Shown here: positions 61,749 to 64,000 of the stretch, piece after piece
Layout: each line of letters starts with the position of its first letter
How positions within the stretch are numbered: the first letter of the stretch is position 1
Virus record (IMG/VR): IMGVR_UViG_3300045996_002337
Span: 124,001 to 188,000 of that record
Strand: one strand, 5' to 3'
DNA length: 64,000 nucleotides
Program-made: the position numbers and the translations under genes
The notes under the pieces: model-generated
What the model saw: only the letters and a program-made list of their open reading frames with translations
Told to the model about the DNA's origin: nothing
Database searches by the model: none

Positions 61749-62051
61749 TTACTTTTTCTTGCGCGAACGAGTCTTGGCCTTCTTCGCGGCCGCGTGCTCG
61801 ATCTTGGCTTCATCAACTTCAGCAGCTGCGTTAATTGCTTCAACTGAATCTACACCAGATGTTTTCTCAGCCACCTCTTGCTTCACTTCGGCCCTATCGA
61901 GCTTTTTGTCAGCAGCTTCTTCTTCCTTGTCGTGCTTAATTTTTTCTTCAAGCTCGTCTTTTGCGGCTTCATACTTCGTCTCTACATTCGTCAGAAACGA
62001 TTTGAACCATGCCTTGATTCTTGCAAAGAACTTACGAATTGCTTCCATCAT
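61749..62051 (-). CDS. Highly charged small protein (late promoter at 62085-62092)
   Basis: Amphipathic N-terminus, K/E-rich. Confidence 0.55.
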   Translation of the reverse strand: MMEAIRKFFARIKAWFKSFLTNVETKYEAAKDELEEKIKHDKEEEAADKKLDRAEVKQEVAEKTSGVDSVEAINAAAEVDEAKIEHAAAKKAKTRSRKKK

Positions 62052-62095
62052 CTTCTCCTTTATGCCAGGACAACTGGCTTGCACTATTTATGCCT

Positions 62096-62782
62096 TCACT
62101 TTGGAAGGCGTCGATTTTCAGGTAGTACGTCACGGAAATAAATTTCAGTGCTGATGTTCAAAGTTTCACCTTTGATCGAATCTAACTCCTGCGGGGTTGG
62201 AACACGGTTCAAGGAAACGGTAATGTACCCCGAGAACTGTCCGTAGTACGGTGGCAGACTTGTTCTACAGACATACGGAAACCTGTTTCCTAGCCCAGGA
62301 AACAACGATGCATTACCACCCTCGTTATACGCCGAGCAGGCAAACTCGCCATTGATGACCCCGACAATGCTCTCGTTGTTCTTCTCGTCAGACGTAAAGA
62401 GAGGAATGCCACCGTAGCGTCCATTGAACAGCGTCTCTAGCTGGCGCTGCACTGATGCATCATCAGAGTACCATTGAATCGGCAAGCGCCGGTTGTTTCG
62501 AATGTCCGCGTTCAGAACCGTGATTGCAATCACCGCATCATCGACATCAACCAAATGTTTGATTCGCGCCTTAGATGTATCTGACATGGTGAATGTCGTT
62601 ACTTGAGGCGTGTCACCTTCTGGCCCATTGACAATGTAATTGACAATCACCGTGCGGTTTTCAAAGATGGTGTAGCCGATCAGTGCCACTAGAGCGGCAA
62701 AGGTCCAAATCGCCACGTTCTTCAACGAGATGACGCGAATTACCTTTGCCGCAAGTGAGAACAGCCGGTCTTGAATGGCCAT
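62096..62782 (-). CDS. T4 holin T-like protein (paralog 1)
   Basis: Single TM plus periplasmic GAF-like domain ending CRTSLPP..GQFSGYITV...L..I. Confidence 0.5.
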   Translation of the reverse strand: MAIQDRLFSLAAKVIRVISLKNVAIWTFAALVALIGYTIFENRTVIVNYIVNGPEGDTPQVTTFTMSDTSKARIKHLVDVDDAVIAITVLNADIRNNRRLPIQWYSDDASVQRQLETLFNGRYGGIPLFTSDEKNNESIVGVINGEFACSAYNEGGNASLFPGLGNRFPYVCRTSLPPYYGQFSGYITVSLNRVPTPQELDSIKGETLNISTEIYFRDVLPENRRLPK

Positions 62783-62854
62783 TGCGTTTTCCCTAGATTT
62801 TTTCTGTCAACCTATTTAGGACAATGACCTCCAACCGTGACACTTACATTGGTG

Positions 62855-63643
62855 TCATTGGGGCTTTTTTGTGACGTCGTTTAGATAAATTTCTACCGCC
62901 AAACGTGAGACTTCTAGTCGAATCGTGTCCAATTCTTGCTTTGTTAGCTGCTGACTCATCCCCACCGAAACGAAGCCGACAAACTGCCCCACGAATGGAG
63001 GGATCGCTAAGCGACAAATCGTGGGCAGTTTGCCGGCCAAGTCAGGTGCAAAACGAAAATAGATGGTGTCCTTGTAGTTGTCACACTTGAATTCATTTCC
63101 CAGGATAGCAACCATTTGAGCCGTGTTTTTTGCGTCATAATCAAACACCGCACGAGGCAAAGAAAGGGCAGATGTTATCTCTGGCGTGATAGCGACTGAG
63201 GCGTCATCGATGTAGTAGTAACGTACGACCCTGCGATTTTTCTTAAGGTCAACCTCAGAGACGCTTACGAAGGAAACGTTTGTTGATTTTGCTAAATTTT
63301 GGAGTGCTGTTTTGCTCGCCTCAGATAATTCCCAGGATGTGACGACTGGCTCGGCGGCGATGGGTGGTTGCACGAGCTTCTCGACGATGGTGAGCCGATT
63401 CTCATATAGCGAGAATAAAATCAACCCAATAATGGTGAGAAGACCGATGAGCGCAACCCGCTTGAACGTAAGCGTATCAATCAGGTCCTCAATGAAGGTT
63501 AAAACCTTTTCCTTGTCTACTTTTGGCGCGGCTGGGGCAGGAGTGGCCTCTGGTTCTGGCGAAGGTTTTGGGGCGGGAAGTTGATCTCCTTCCATTTCGG
63601 GTGCCCGAACTTCTTGATCGCTGAGAGATTTTTTGCTAGGCAT
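62855..63643 (-). CDS. T4 holin T-like protein (paralog 2)
   Basis: Same architecture; YENR, NRR, CRLAIPP..GQFVGFVSV. Confidence 0.5.
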   Translation of the reverse strand: MPSKKSLSDQEVRAPEMEGDQLPAPKPSPEPEATPAPAAPKVDKEKVLTFIEDLIDTLTFKRVALIGLLTIIGLILFSLYENRLTIVEKLVQPPIAAEPVVTSWELSEASKTALQNLAKSTNVSFVSVSEVDLKKNRRVVRYYYIDDASVAITPEITSALSLPRAVFDYDAKNTAQMVAILGNEFKCDNYKDTIYFRFAPDLAGKLPTICRLAIPPFVGQFVGFVSVGMSQQLTKQELDTIRLEVSRLAVEIYLNDVTKKPQ

Positions 63644-64000
63644 GAATTGAACTCCTTGATAGCATTATCAGGTACATCGGCAGCTGCGATGAGAATAGAT
63701 TGGGTTGCCTTTGTTTCTACGGGATAATCCTGCCAAAGATACGTAAGAGCGGGGATGCGTGCTGGTTGATATACTTTTTCAAATTCTGTCTCCGTTATGG
63801 GAATCATTAGGATGCGTTCGGCCATGCTTTGCCCTAGTTCTTGAAATAGCCGTACAGGGGAACCGCCGACAATTAACATCGCGTCAACTTCACCCGTTAG
63901 AACCAGAAGAATGCTTTCTTCTGGAAGGCGGTCAACTTGAAGCCACTTGATGTTTAGCGCATTTCTGATGGTGTTGGCGGTAAACCACATTCCAGACCCA
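63517..64000 (-). CDS. TAXI-family TRAP solute-binding protein, C-terminal part (runs off the window)
   Basis: GSG...G.VDAM..VGG.P...IP..TY......T......L...GHPKWKEI. Confidence 0.6.
   Translation of the reverse strand, partial: GSGMWFTANTIRNALNIKWLQVDRLPEESILLVLTGEVDAMLIVGGSPVRLFQELGQSMAERILMIPITETEFEKVYQPARIPALTYLWQDYPVETKATQSILIAAADVPDNAIKEFNSCLAKNLSAIKKFGHPKWKEINFPPQNLRQNQRPLLPQPRQK

Overview
This window is 64 kb of a large lytic T4-superfamily (jumbo-like) myophage genome. Most genes are on the minus strand, with two plus-strand tail-fibre islands (40.5-42.9 kb and 44.3-47.1 kb). It holds a structural block of giant fibre proteins (2.3-12.5 kb), replication and nucleotide genes (topoisomerase II gp39/gp52, thyA, DHFR, DinG helicase, kinases), and a scattered RNA/ADP-ribose repair toolkit (RNA ligase 1, Tpt1, Thg1, PTH2-like, macro, NADAR, Nudix, HD, Ro60). 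It also carries host-like modules (diguanylate cyclase, PrkA-YeaH-SpoVR, bactofilin, DnaJ, TAXI) and a tandem pair of T4-t-like holins. The best candidates for undescribed biology are: (1) a cytosine hypermodification pathway in which a T4-BGT-like DNA glycosyltransferase lies two genes from UDP-galactopyranose mutase, implying furanose-sugar-modified DNA; (2) a roughly 310-nt structured non-coding RNA in the Ro60 leader; (3) an intact membrane diguanylate cyclase plus an unannotated YxGPERR microprotein; and (4) ten TA(T/C)AAT-N6-ATG sites implying systematic leaderless translation. All family calls come from motif recognition by eye; no database searches were run. I found no tRNA, CRISPR array, intron or transposase.
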